From NCBI GenBank assembly GCA_963701025.1, contig OY969557.1, forward strand, positions 106,405 through 170,404: a DNA stretch of 64,000 bases. The letters are read 5' to 3'. The position numbers and the translations under genes were made by a program. Source of the DNA: an uncultured bacterium (GTDB lineage: Bacteria > Patescibacteriota > Minisyncoccia > Phycocordibacterales > PALSA-1337). The notes under the pieces were generated by a model. It was not told the DNA's origin and searched no databases. It saw nothing but the letters and a program-made list of their open reading frames with translations. Within the stretch, counting starts at the first letter, position 1. Each line of letters begins with the position of its first letter. Shown here in pieces: positions 21,000 through 30,306 of this stretch.

Positions 21000-21155
21000 A
21001 TGTCCCAAAACTCACTCATTCAGCTCAAGAACAAAGAGACCGGCGAGGTCTATTGGACGCGCAAAAACAAGAAGCTCGTCGAGCGCAAAGTCGAATACAA
21101 GAAATACTCCGCCAAACTCCGCAAGCATATCGTCTTCAAGGAAGCGAAGAAATAG
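21000..21155 (+). CDS. rpmG: 50S ribosomal protein L33
   Basis: My translation: MSQNSLIQLKNKETGEVYWTRKNKKLVERKVEYKKYSAKLRKHIVFKEAKK (below the ORF-track cutoff). Confidence 0.92.
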   Translation: MSQNSLIQLKNKETGEVYWTRKNKKLVERKVEYKKYSAKLRKHIVFKEAKK

Positions 21156-21173
21156 TTTTGGTATACTAGTGCA

Positions 21174-21827
21174 GTGAAAACTGCATTTAAAATTGATGCA
21201 TGCGTCCTGCGCCGCCGAGGTCATTCGCTCGCTGATCTTTCTCGTCGATTTGGTATCTCAAAGAGCACCGCGTCTCTATGGACTAAAGACATTATCCCCA
21301 GCCAGTTAGGTATTGACGAGATTGAACGGAGAAGGAGATTAAGCCTGATAAAAGGGCACGCAATTCTTTATGATATGAAAATCGGAAGATTGGCCGCGGC
21401 TGAATCCGAAGCAGGGATTCTGATTGCTGGACTAGCAAGGAATAAAGTTATCGATCTGGCGATTTTGTCCATGATATATCAGTGCGAGGGTTCGAAAGAT
21501 AATCGCAGTCTGCGTTTTACTAATTCAGATCCCGATCTGGTGAGACTTTTTCTTGTGACTCTCAGATCTGGTTTTGATATAGATGAAAAAAGGTTACGTA
21601 TGCGAGTCCATATGCATGACTACCACAATGAACAGGACATTCTTGATTTCTGGTCTGGTGTTGCACATATCCCACGCGAACAATTTTACAAATCTTTCCG
21701 GAAATCAAGCGACCACAGATATAAAAAATACGGCTATAAAGGGTGTGTTCATGTTTCTTATTACGACTCAAAAATAAGTCGTGCGGTATCGGCGTTTGCG
21801 AAAAAACTGATTAACCTTTATATTTAA
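21174..21827 (+). CDS. HTH plus LAGLIDADG-like hypothetical protein
   Basis: N-terminal LRRRGHSL..LS..FGISKSTASLW; YQCEGSK...LRFTNSDPDLV. Confidence 0.6.
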   Translation: MKTAFKIDACVLRRRGHSLADLSRRFGISKSTASLWTKDIIPSQLGIDEIERRRRLSLIKGHAILYDMKIGRLAAAESEAGILIAGLARNKVIDLAILSMIYQCEGSKDNRSLRFTNSDPDLVRLFLVTLRSGFDIDEKRLRMRVHMHDYHNEQDILDFWSGVAHIPREQFYKSFRKSSDHRYKKYGYKGCVHVSYYDSKISRAVSAFAKKLINLYI

Positions 21828-21853
21828 ACAGTTCCAAAGATGGGATTGATAAG

Positions 21854-21924
21854 GGGCGATTGGTGAAGTGGTATCACAAGACTCTCCAAAAGTTTTGTCG
21901 GGGGTTCGATTCCCTCATCGCCCG
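21854..21924 (+). tRNA. tRNA-Trp(CCA)
   Basis: GGGCGAT/ATCGCCC acceptor, AGACT-CT-CCA-AA-AGTTT, GGTTCGATTCC. Confidence 0.92.
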
Positions 21925-21989
21925 CACACACTTGACAATAAAACCATATATGGTATACTGCCAGCGTTACCAATGTAACGTCACATCAT

Positions 21990-22475
21990 ATGAATAAAAC
22001 TATTATCTGGGTCGTTGTGATCGTCGTCGTCATCGCCGCCGTGATTTTCGGCGTCACGATGAATCGCGCGCCTTCACAACCGGCTGCTTCTCTCACGGGT
22101 CCGGCTTCGCTCACTCTGACCAACCCATCCGGAGGCACGGTAGACGTTGGCCAGTTGCAGCACGTCGATTGGATATCGACCAACTATGTCGCTCCGACGG
22201 TATCCGTGAATGTCATCCGCAAAGTCTCGGATAATCCGGCTCGTTATGAGCTCGTCCGCACCGTCGCCCGTGCGACGAAGAATGATGGTTCGGCTGTTTG
22301 GGTCCCGGCCGCGCCGGACGTCGGTACCAGCGATCTCATCCAAGTCGGTTGTACGCCGACCTCCCAGGCCTGCACCGCCGGCGTCTCCGGTTCTCCGCTC
22401 GCCGTCGTCAACACCGGTGCTTATGCCAATACCGCCGCCGCATATCAGGCCATCGAGCAGTTGGATAACAAATAA
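21990..22475 (+). CDS. Secreted or membrane-anchored Ig-like hypothetical protein
   Basis: N-terminal TM helix; LTNPSGG...W and NDGS..W..P pattern. Confidence 0.7.
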   Translation: MNKTIIWVVVIVVVIAAVIFGVTMNRAPSQPAASLTGPASLTLTNPSGGTVDVGQLQHVDWISTNYVAPTVSVNVIRKVSDNPARYELVRTVARATKNDGSAVWVPAAPDVGTSDLIQVGCTPTSQACTAGVSGSPLAVVNTGAYANTAAAYQAIEQLDNK

Positions 22476-22634
22476 AGCAGAGTTATCCCTAAAAAGCAGA
22501 GGCCGCCCCCCGAGGGCGGTTTTCTGATTAGCTACCCCTTGACTTCTTCCTTCAAGCATTGTAGGTTTCTAATGAATTTGGCTCCATGACGGAGTATGGC
22601 AGATTAACAAGAACATACCACAAAGGGGGAAAGA

Positions 22635-23735
22635 ATGCCTATGAACGGACGAATAAAAGTCGGTCTTGTCGGTTGCGGTTATTGGGGGCCAAAGCTGGCC
22701 CGTAATTTCCGGGACCTTCCGGAACAATGCGAGCTTAACATGCTCTGCGACGCGAATGCGTGTAGTATTGACGCCATGCGGTGCGACCATCCAGACGTCG
22801 AAATGACCACGGATTTCGGGGTTGTCCTCAACGGGGCCAACCTCGACGCCATAGTCATCGCCACGCCGGTTCACACGCACTACCCGCTGGCGGTGCGCGC
22901 GCTCAAATCCGGGAAGCACGTCTTCATCGAAAAGCCTATGGCTGATTCTTCGAAGAATTGCGAGGAATTGATCGCCATCGCCGAACAGAAGGGCCTAGTG
23001 CTCATGGTGGGGCACACCTTCCTATACTCGCCGGCTGTAAGGCGGATCAAGGAGATCATCGAGAGCGGCGAGATCGGCAGGGTCACGAGCATAACCGCCG
23101 ATCGTCTTAACCTGGGAAATTTCCAGAAAGACATCAATGTCGCCTGGGACCTGGCGCCCCACGACATCTCGATCGCCTTGTCCATCATGGGCGATATGCC
23201 GATCGCGGTAAGTTGCACCGGCTTCGCCCATGTCACGCAGGGGATCGAAGACCTCACAACGGTTTCATTGGAATTCTCCGGCGGTCGTTCGGCTATAATC
23301 AAGAGCAGCTGGCGGCATCCGGTGAAAGTCCGCGATACGGTCATCATCGGAGACAAAGGGATGATCGTCTACAACGACGTTCCTACCCGTCTCTCGGAGA
23401 AAATCAAGATCTTCGACGCGCGCGTCGAGCGGGTCAGTCGTCCCGGCACGCTGGGATTTGGGTACAGGTACCAGCGTCCCAGTGAAGCCCGGCTCGCGAC
23501 GGTCAGCGCCGAAGAGCCACTCAATGAGGTGTGTCGGCATTTCTTGGACTGCATCAGGCATGGCAAGAAGCCGCTCTCCGACGGCGATCAGGGTCTGCGG
23601 GTAGTCCGCATCCTTGAGGCGGCGACGAGGTCGTTGCGGGAGGATGGCAGGATGGTACGCCTTGATATGGAGCCGAGACGGTACAGTCTTCACCACTATG
23701 AATACGCGCAGACGGAAAGCCCCCTTGTTATTTGA
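22635..23735 (+). CDS. Gfo/Idh/MocA-family oxidoreductase
   Basis: GCGYWG, GKHVFIEKP, DLAPHD. Confidence 0.93.
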   Translation: MPMNGRIKVGLVGCGYWGPKLARNFRDLPEQCELNMLCDANACSIDAMRCDHPDVEMTTDFGVVLNGANLDAIVIATPVHTHYPLAVRALKSGKHVFIEKPMADSSKNCEELIAIAEQKGLVLMVGHTFLYSPAVRRIKEIIESGEIGRVTSITADRLNLGNFQKDINVAWDLAPHDISIALSIMGDMPIAVSCTGFAHVTQGIEDLTTVSLEFSGGRSAIIKSSWRHPVKVRDTVIIGDKGMIVYNDVPTRLSEKIKIFDARVERVSRPGTLGFGYRYQRPSEARLATVSAEEPLNEVCRHFLDCIRHGKKPLSDGDQGLRVVRILEAATRSLREDGRMVRLDMEPRRYSLHHYEYAQTESPLVI

Positions 23736-23855
23736 ACAAGAGCGCACGAACCAAGCCCCGGACAGACATCTGCCCGGGCTTTTTATACAAAGACTGCATT
23801 GACGGAAGCTCTCCGGAGGTGTAATCTGGAATAAAGCACAAAGAAAGGCACCAAA

Positions 23856-24362
23856 ATGTCTGATGTGAAAGTGAAGAGGATCATCATCGCCCGTCACGGC
23901 TCCGGTTGGACGGATCTCGACGAGTTCGGTCTACGACAGACGGAAAAGTTAGCCCTAGCCGTCAAAGCCAGCCTGAACGGAGGCGGCGTCGCTCTCTTGT
24001 CGTCAACAGCTCCCAAAGCTGAACAGAGCGCCGAGATATTCTCGGGCATACTGGATATCCCATTCGAGAGGCACGAGCTTCTCTGGGCGGGGTTCGATAG
24101 CCCTGGTCGGAACAGACGGAACGGCGACCCGGTCGGTCTTACCGCGGCGCTCCAGCTCATAGAAGCTTCGGAGATGGAAACGGTCATCTTGATAACTCAT
24201 CTGGAGTACACTCGGGAGCTTCCCCGCGCTGTCAAGGACAGACTCCTTGGGGATGGAGCCGATTTTCCGTTTGAAGCGTTGAAAGCCGGGCAGGCCTGGG
24301 TTATCGATTGCGAGGCCAAGACCTGCACCAGATTGCCCGAAGCCGTCGGATACGAAATATAA
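23856..24362 (+). CDS. SixA-like histidine phosphatase
   Basis: IIARHG, L...G..Q, SS.A.KA.QSA, ILITH. Confidence 0.8.
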   Translation: MSDVKVKRIIIARHGSGWTDLDEFGLRQTEKLALAVKASLNGGGVALLSSTAPKAEQSAEIFSGILDIPFERHELLWAGFDSPGRNRRNGDPVGLTAALQLIEASEMETVILITHLEYTRELPRAVKDRLLGDGADFPFEALKAGQAWVIDCEAKTCTRLPEAVGYEI

Positions 24363-24462
24363 GCTCCGTATGCTCCACATTGACCGCGTGAAAGAAGTAA
24401 CGCGGCCTTTTTATTAAATTGGCATGGCGAGTTCCGGATGGATATTGTATGCTTTGTCGATC

Positions 24463-25140
24463 ATGTACCATCGCGCCAAAGCCCATTTCAAGAAAGCCGA
24501 TCCGACTCTATATCGAGCCGTCAAGCTTCACAAGATCGCCGATATCCGGCGCTCGCGCGACGTCTTCGGAGATCTAGTCCATGCCATAGTCAATCAGCAG
24601 CTTTCCGGTAAAGCCGCTGATACCATCTATAAAAGACTCGAGGCTCTCGTTGGTAGCCGCGATGGCAATGGAAAGGGAAATCACGCCAAGGAAAAGGGAA
24701 ACGGCGGCAAGGAATGGGGCAAGAGGAGGTTGAGCACTATTGTTCCTCAAGCCATTCTCAAGCTTTCGGTTCCCGCCATGCGCGCCTGCGGCTTGTCCGC
24801 GGCAAAGATCAAGAGCATCAAAGGCCTGGCTAAAGCCGTCGAGAGCAAAGAGATAGATCTCATCGAGATCCACAAGCATGATGACGAAAAAGTCATGGAA
24901 CTTCTGACATCGCAAAAAGGCATCGGTCCGTGGACTGCGGAGATGATCCTCATGTTCTCTCTTGGCCGCACCGACATTTTTTCAAAAGGGGATTTGGGCC
25001 TGCGCAAAGGTATCATGCGCCTTTACGGCCTGAAAAAGTTGCCGAGTGATCGGTTCATGGACAAGCTCGCCAAACGTTGGTCACCTTATCGAACGTACGC
25101 CGCGCGAGTCCTGTGGAGAGTGGCGGATGGGGAGAAATGA
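24463..25140 (+). CDS. DNA-3-methyladenine glycosylase II (AlkA/HhH-GPD family)
   Basis: IVNQQLSGKAA, KGIGPWTAEM, DLGLR, W.PYRTYA. Confidence 0.92.
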   Translation: MYHRAKAHFKKADPTLYRAVKLHKIADIRRSRDVFGDLVHAIVNQQLSGKAADTIYKRLEALVGSRDGNGKGNHAKEKGNGGKEWGKRRLSTIVPQAILKLSVPAMRACGLSAAKIKSIKGLAKAVESKEIDLIEIHKHDDEKVMELLTSQKGIGPWTAEMILMFSLGRTDIFSKGDLGLRKGIMRLYGLKKLPSDRFMDKLAKRWSPYRTYAARVLWRVADGEK

Positions 25141-25220
25141 AATCAATTTGGAGTTGAAATAAAAAAGCCGCAAGTTTTGCCGGCGGCTTGAAGTTGACGG
25201 TACGATGAGTCGTTCAAATA

Positions 25221-25928
25221 TTACACCCGCATCTCGACCTTGAATCCAAGTTCCTCAAAGAATCCATAAGCGTGTGAGAGGTCCTTGAACAGGAACGGCC
25301 TGACGTCGAACCCGCGTTCCTTTGCCCAACTGGCATAACGATCCGACATGATCGGCGAAGCGTTGACATCGCATAAGAGCTCGATGTCAGGAGTGATCCA
25401 TATGCCGCCGTTCTTGGCCAGCAGACGGGCCACATTCCTGGCGATGGCCACTTTGTCCGGCCAGCTTATATAGCGCAGGAGGCCTTCGCAGGTCACGGCC
25501 ACTGGCATGCAGTTAAAATGCTGGCACGCTCGATCGAAATCTTTCTCATCTGACGCGGTGCCTTGCTCGAGAATGAGGTTCGAAGGCCATGTAGCTTTGG
25601 CATCCACGATTTGCTTCAGGACATTGGCTTTCAATGCGCTGTTGCCTGGCAGGTCGAGCTCTACATAGTTGCCATTGTCCTCGTTCATGGACCAGATGAG
25701 GCCTCTGGGCGACATGCCGGCCGCTAATTCGAGGACTTGCGTGATACCTCGTTCCTTGATGACGACGTCGGTCATCTTGTAACGGGTCTCAAAGTAGGGG
25801 ACGATGACGGGCCAACTGTCCACTCTGTCTTTGTCGTTCGGTCGGAGCGGTCCTTGTTGGGCCATAAGTATATCCCATATCCTTGCGGAGAACGGGATAT
25901 CCGTAAAGGCGGCGCGGATATATGCCAC
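25221..25928 (-). CDS. Class I SAM-dependent methyltransferase (LCM-like), N-terminus possibly truncated
   Basis: QVLELAAGMSPRG, YVELDLP, EGLLRYI. Confidence 0.8.
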   Translation of the reverse strand: MAYIRAAFTDIPFSARIWDILMAQQGPLRPNDKDRVDSWPVIVPYFETRYKMTDVVIKERGITQVLELAAGMSPRGLIWSMNEDNGNYVELDLPGNSALKANVLKQIVDAKATWPSNLILEQGTASDEKDFDRACQHFNCMPVAVTCEGLLRYISWPDKVAIARNVARLLAKNGGIWITPDIELLCDVNASPIMSDRYASWAKERGFDVRPFLFKDLSHAYGFFEELGFKVEMRV

Positions 25929-25977
25929 TCTTTTCTATGTCGATATAAGGCTTAAACATCAGGCTTAAACTGGAAAT

Positions 25978-26565
25978 ATGCCCCTCACCCTCATCTTCGA
26001 AGCTCACGGCACGACATTCGACAATGAAGCCCATCTATCGTCGGGCTGGAATGATATAGCCCTGTCGCCGCTCGGGGAAAAGCAGAGCCGCGAGATGGGG
26101 GAACGCTACAAGGACGACCATTTCGACGCCATATTCACTTCGGACCTGGAGCGCGCATACCGCTCGGCTGAGATCGGCTTTGGTGACAAGTGGCCGATTA
26201 TCCACGACAAGCGGCTACGAGAATGCGACTACGGCGATATGACGCAGAAGCCTTCCGCTATGGTCGACGCCGAGAAGCCAAAGCGTCTCCATGAGCCCTT
26301 TCCGAACGGGGAAAGCTATGACGAGACTTATGTGCGCATGAAGTCATTCCTGGATGATTTGCGACGCGATTATGCAGGCAAGCCCAGTGGAGGCCCTGCT
26401 GGCCCTAGGGTCATGGTCATCGGCAACGCTTTGCATGACCCTGCTGGGTCAGCCACAGGGCGACGCAGTATACCATAGAGCATATGTTGAATGGGGTGCC
26501 GTATGAGAAGCTCGTCACTAGTCATTCCAGACGGGCAGCCGGGGTGGGTGTATGAGGTGAAATAA
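25978..26565 (+). pseudogene. Histidine phosphatase copy 1, disrupted by 24- and 29-nt insertions
   Basis: Near-identical to 27593-28132 through to GAGGTGAAATAA; the second insertion shifts the frame. Confidence 0.75.
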
Positions 26566-26574
26566 GTCAGCTCT

Positions 26575-27225
26575 TTAATTTTTGCTCTGCTTTCGACTCC
26601 TGATTTTCTTTTCTTTTTGAAGGGTGTCCAGAGATCCTCTAAGAATGAGTTTCTTTAGTGATTCATAATCTCCATATTTATCTACTTGGCATAATGCATC
26701 GATGTACTTATCCTTGTCTTCGGCTTCAAACCGGACTTCAGTTGGCGGAAAATTGAATCTGCGCAGAACCACGTTGGTCATAAGACGCGCGGTTCGACCG
26801 TTTGCTTCAGTAAAAGGATGGATAGCGACTATACTATGTTGCACCCAAGCCGCAAGGCCGAGCACATCATCGATAAATTTCTTTCTAGCCGTTTTACTGT
26901 GCGGATGAGTATGAATCGGAATAAGCGATACTCGGTGAGACATGTTTTTTCCGAATTCATGTGCTATTTCCATTACTCTAGAACCAAGGGGCGGCTCGAC
27001 GCATTTAAGCTTCATTATGTCTTGACCGGCTATGCGTAGCTTCCCAGCTGCTTCTGGAGAAGCGTATTCAAGTATGCATTTATTAAGCTCTAGGACGACA
27101 TTCAAGTTGATCTCTCGATCACTTGTGCCTATATCTTTGGACAAAGCAATAGCTTTCCAAAAACCTTTTGCTTCGCGGTCTTCCAAGTCTACTTTATGAT
27201 GAGGCCGCTCGAATTCATTATGCAT
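26575..27225 (-). CDS. Fic-domain protein (putative toxin)
   Basis: HPFTEANGRTAR, close to canonical HPFx(D/E)GNGRxxR. Confidence 0.92.
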   Translation of the reverse strand: MHNEFERPHHKVDLEDREAKGFWKAIALSKDIGTSDREINLNVVLELNKCILEYASPEAAGKLRIAGQDIMKLKCVEPPLGSRVMEIAHEFGKNMSHRVSLIPIHTHPHSKTARKKFIDDVLGLAAWVQHSIVAIHPFTEANGRTARLMTNVVLRRFNFPPTEVRFEAEDKDKYIDALCQVDKYGDYESLKKLILRGSLDTLQKEKKIRSRKQSKN

Positions 27226-27439
27226 GTATAGCTTTCTCTATTCGTCCGCTTTCGTTAAGATGTGAACCTTCGATTTTGCTCGAATTATAAAGATGATCTA
27301 TTGCTACACTGTGTTCAAATTTAGCCCTTTCGACAGCAGAAAACTCTGGCAGTTTATTAACTGCGTTTTGTACGTTTATAAAACGGTCTATTAAATCACC
27401 CCTAGTTGAGGTTGATCTTTTAAGGGTTGTCCTTTTCAT
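27218..27439 (-). CDS. Small protein with Fic inhibitory motif (putative antitoxin)
   Basis: 73 aa containing SSKIEG = (S/T)xxxE(G/N); 8-bp overlap with the Fic start. Confidence 0.7.
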   Translation of the reverse strand: MKRTTLKRSTSTRGDLIDRFINVQNAVNKLPEFSAVERAKFEHSVAIDHLYNSSKIEGSHLNESGRIEKAIHA

Positions 27440-27592
27440 ATGATTATTATACCACCCATATGACGTACTAGGTGCGGATAAGTGGCAGATGTCCAACATT
27501 ATAGGCATTTTTTGATTATGTCAAGCATAATAAACTGTGTACAAATGAAAACATGGATTTACTTATTTCCACATAGGGCTTAAACTGGAAAT

Positions 27593-28132
27593 ATGCCCAA
27601 TCCCCTCACCCTCATCTTCGAAGCTCACGGCACAACGTTCGACAATGAAGCCCACCTCTCGTCAGGCTGGAATGATATAGCATTGTCGCCACTCGGGGAA
27701 AAGCAGAGCCGCGAGATGGGCGAGCGCTACAAGGATGACCATTTCGACGCCATATTCACTTCGGACCTGGAGCGCGCGTACCGCTCGGCCGAGATCGGCT
27801 TTGGTAACCGCTGGCCTATCATCCGCGACAAGCGCCTACGCGAGTGCCATTACGGCGACCTGACACAAAAGCCTTCCGCCATGGTGGACGCCGAGAAGCC
27901 AAAGCGTCTCCATGAGCCCTTTCCGAACGGGGAAAGCTATGACCAGACTTATGTGCGCATGAAGTCATTCCTGGACGATTTGCGACGCGATTATGCCGGC
28001 AAGAGGGTCATGGTCATCGGCCACAGGGCGACGCAGTATGCCATAGAGCATATGTTGAATGGGGTGCCGTATGAGAAGCTCGTCACTAATCATTTCAAAT
28101 GGCAGCCGGGGTGGGTGTATGAGGTGAAATAA
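27593..28132 (+). CDS. Histidine phosphatase family protein (intact copy)
   Basis: EAHGTT.DN, FTSDLERA, LRECHYG, GES, VIGH. Confidence 0.9.
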   Translation: MPNPLTLIFEAHGTTFDNEAHLSSGWNDIALSPLGEKQSREMGERYKDDHFDAIFTSDLERAYRSAEIGFGNRWPIIRDKRLRECHYGDLTQKPSAMVDAEKPKRLHEPFPNGESYDQTYVRMKSFLDDLRRDYAGKRVMVIGHRATQYAIEHMLNGVPYEKLVTNHFKWQPGWVYEVK

Positions 28133-28175
28133 AAAAGGTAGCAACTGTTGCTACCCTTGTGTCATCTTGATTAGC

Positions 28176-28424
28176 CTATGCAGTAAGTGACTTCTCGCCC
28201 CCTTGAGGTTCATTGTTCGGTGTGAAGTCTGGCGGTCCTGAACAATTGTCGCCTTGGGCGCGCATGGTAGGTTTCCGTCCCCGGATGTAATCTTCCATGG
28301 AAGTGCCTTTTGTGCATTCAAATCCGTTGCCGCCTACGACGAGAAAAATGCAAGTCGCTGGCCCTTCCCCGAATTTGCATCGTTTCTTGGCAGTGTCATT
28401 GCTCATTGGTGTCGGTTGGTTCAT
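28176..28424 (-). CDS. Small Cys-containing hypothetical protein
   Basis: 82 aa with four Cys; AAAGGA RBS upstream. Confidence 0.55.
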   Translation of the reverse strand: MNQPTPMSNDTAKKRCKFGEGPATCIFLVVGGNGFECTKGTSMEDYIRGRKPTMRAQGDNCSGPPDFTPNNEPQGGEKSLTA

Positions 28425-28492
28425 ATGTCCTTTCGTTCAGTTTGTTGGTGCTGCTAGACTCTACATTACATTTATTGTATTATTTGTCAATA

Positions 28493-29203
28493 ATGTCCGA
28501 CATCGACCTCTACAACAAATCTCCCAAGGAATATGAGCATCTACAGCACATGCGACCTGATTATGTTGGTGCAATTGGAGAATTTCTAGATTTAGCCACT
28601 AAATACTTGAAAGACAAAAAAGATGTCACGATCGCTGATTTTTGCTGTGGCACGGGTGAGAACACCGAGCGTTTGGTTGGAAAGATGAAGATTAGGAGGG
28701 CTACTCTGATAGATATAAACAAAGAATTCCTTCGAATAGTCATGGAGAAGAAGTTCGGCATCGAAGAGGTGATTCCGGTCGTTTCGGATATTTTAGAGGC
28801 TCAAGTACCGAATGATAATGACGCCGTCATCTCAATGTTCGCATATCATCATGTCACCGATGACCGAAAGGCAAAATATATCTCTGCAGCCAAAGCGGCA
28901 CTCAAGTCTGGAGGTATCCTTCTTCTAGGGGAGATATATAGTCCAGACAAGCAGACAACACTCGACTATTATGAGCATCTAATTCGTTCTATCCCTGGCG
29001 CAGAGCAAAATGTTCCGCTCCAGACATTTCTCCGCCAGACGGCACAAAGTGATGATTTTGAATATAAAGTCTCGCGCGCATTTGCGCATGAACAGCTCAA
29101 GAGGGCCGGATTCGAGCTCATTGAAGCAAAGAAGATTTGGCCTACAGATGATACTTTTCCGATTGATATTGGGACTTTCGTAGAGGTGTGGAGGGTGAAA
29201 TAG
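28493..29203 (+). CDS. Class I SAM-dependent methyltransferase
   Basis: IADFCCGTG, LIDIN, SMFAYHHV, LKSGG. Confidence 0.88.
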   Translation: MSDIDLYNKSPKEYEHLQHMRPDYVGAIGEFLDLATKYLKDKKDVTIADFCCGTGENTERLVGKMKIRRATLIDINKEFLRIVMEKKFGIEEVIPVVSDILEAQVPNDNDAVISMFAYHHVTDDRKAKYISAAKAALKSGGILLLGEIYSPDKQTTLDYYEHLIRSIPGAEQNVPLQTFLRQTAQSDDFEYKVSRAFAHEQLKRAGFELIEAKKIWPTDDTFPIDIGTFVEVWRVK

Positions 29204-29272
29204 ATATACCTACAACATGGACACGTTTACATTAGTAGTTTACATTTTCTAAAAATATTGTAATATATAGAT

Positions 29273-29593
29273 ATGAAATTGGTTATAAAAAAAGAACTAA
29301 TAAATGGACAATTTAATCTGCATCTATCAATTGCAGACATAAATGCCGAGGAAAGAGATAGACTAATAAAGTTTGGCTCCCCAAGTATTTCTATTGCCCC
29401 TCGATTTACTATTCATCAACTGAAATATGCAGATGCCATTCCTCTACACGAGATAAATGATAGTTTTTCTTTTAATAACGAAAAGGAAGCGATGGTTTTT
29501 CTTGATTTGGTAAAGAATCGGGTGAGTAAGGCAATCACAGATTTAAAATCTAAAGAAGACAAGTTTACTAATCGTGAAGAATATGAGTTCTAA
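29273..29593 (+). CDS. Hypothetical protein (AT-rich)
   Basis: 106-aa ORF in visibly AT-rich DNA. Confidence 0.65.
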   Translation: MKLVIKKELINGQFNLHLSIADINAEERDRLIKFGSPSISIAPRFTIHQLKYADAIPLHEINDSFSFNNEKEAMVFLDLVKNRVSKAITDLKSKEDKFTNREEYEF

Positions 29594-30269
29594 TGGTTTA
29601 CAATTTAATACTTCTAAGGTTCTAGGCAGATTAGTTTTTGTAATAGTTTTTGTTGGTATGGTATATGCTGCAATTAACATACCTCAACAGTTTAATACTT
29701 ATGCGAATAGCGTCTTAGTGATAGTTACAGCAATCTACGCATATCTAACATATGAACTTTTATTAAGTACACGTCAAGGTAGAAGCATGCCTTATGTTAA
29801 TGTCGAGTTTATTTTAGTAAACAAACTTGATGATGATTTTCTCAAAAAGAACAGTTCCTTTTTAAGGCCGACTGAAAAATTAAATAAGTTGAGGGAAGAC
29901 CTTAAGAGAACAGAATATAAAATGAATGCTGTTTTTGTTAAGGTTGAAAATATATCAGAGACAATTGCAGTGGACGTTAATTTTGAGACAAACTATGCGA
30001 AGCGTTCACTTTCTGATGAAACACATGCAACTACAAAAACAATTTCCTTTGGTGAATTAAAGAAAGGTGAATCCATAGTAGATATTGTTGATATTTTCGA
30101 GCTACCTTCTGAGAACGATTACTTTAAGATACGTTATTGTACAGTTGAATTTAATGACATTAACGGTAGATATGTGAAAGATAAGCCTATGAAAAATGAC
30201 TTCTCATCATCTGCAAAAGTGACAAATCTCCTAGATGGTATTGGTCTGGCTTTTACATTGAAAGCATAA
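29583..30269 (+). CDS. Hypothetical membrane protein with two N-terminal TM helices (AT-rich)
   Basis: LVIVTAIYAYLTY..L...R..R.MPYV; overlaps the upstream gene. Confidence 0.7.
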   Translation: MSSNGLQFNTSKVLGRLVFVIVFVGMVYAAINIPQQFNTYANSVLVIVTAIYAYLTYELLLSTRQGRSMPYVNVEFILVNKLDDDFLKKNSSFLRPTEKLNKLREDLKRTEYKMNAVFVKVENISETIAVDVNFETNYAKRSLSDETHATTKTISFGELKKGESIVDIVDIFELPSENDYFKIRYCTVEFNDINGRYVKDKPMKNDFSSSAKVTNLLDGIGLAFTLKA

Positions 30270-30306
30270 TTTTTGCATCACAACTTTATAGGCGTATACT
30301 TGGGTT

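Noticed and set aside
29185-29203. GGTGAAATA gene-end motif shared with 26565 and 28132 as a cassette recombination site
   Set aside because: Two of the three are the same duplicated gene, and a 9-bp match encoding VK-stop is plausible by chance.
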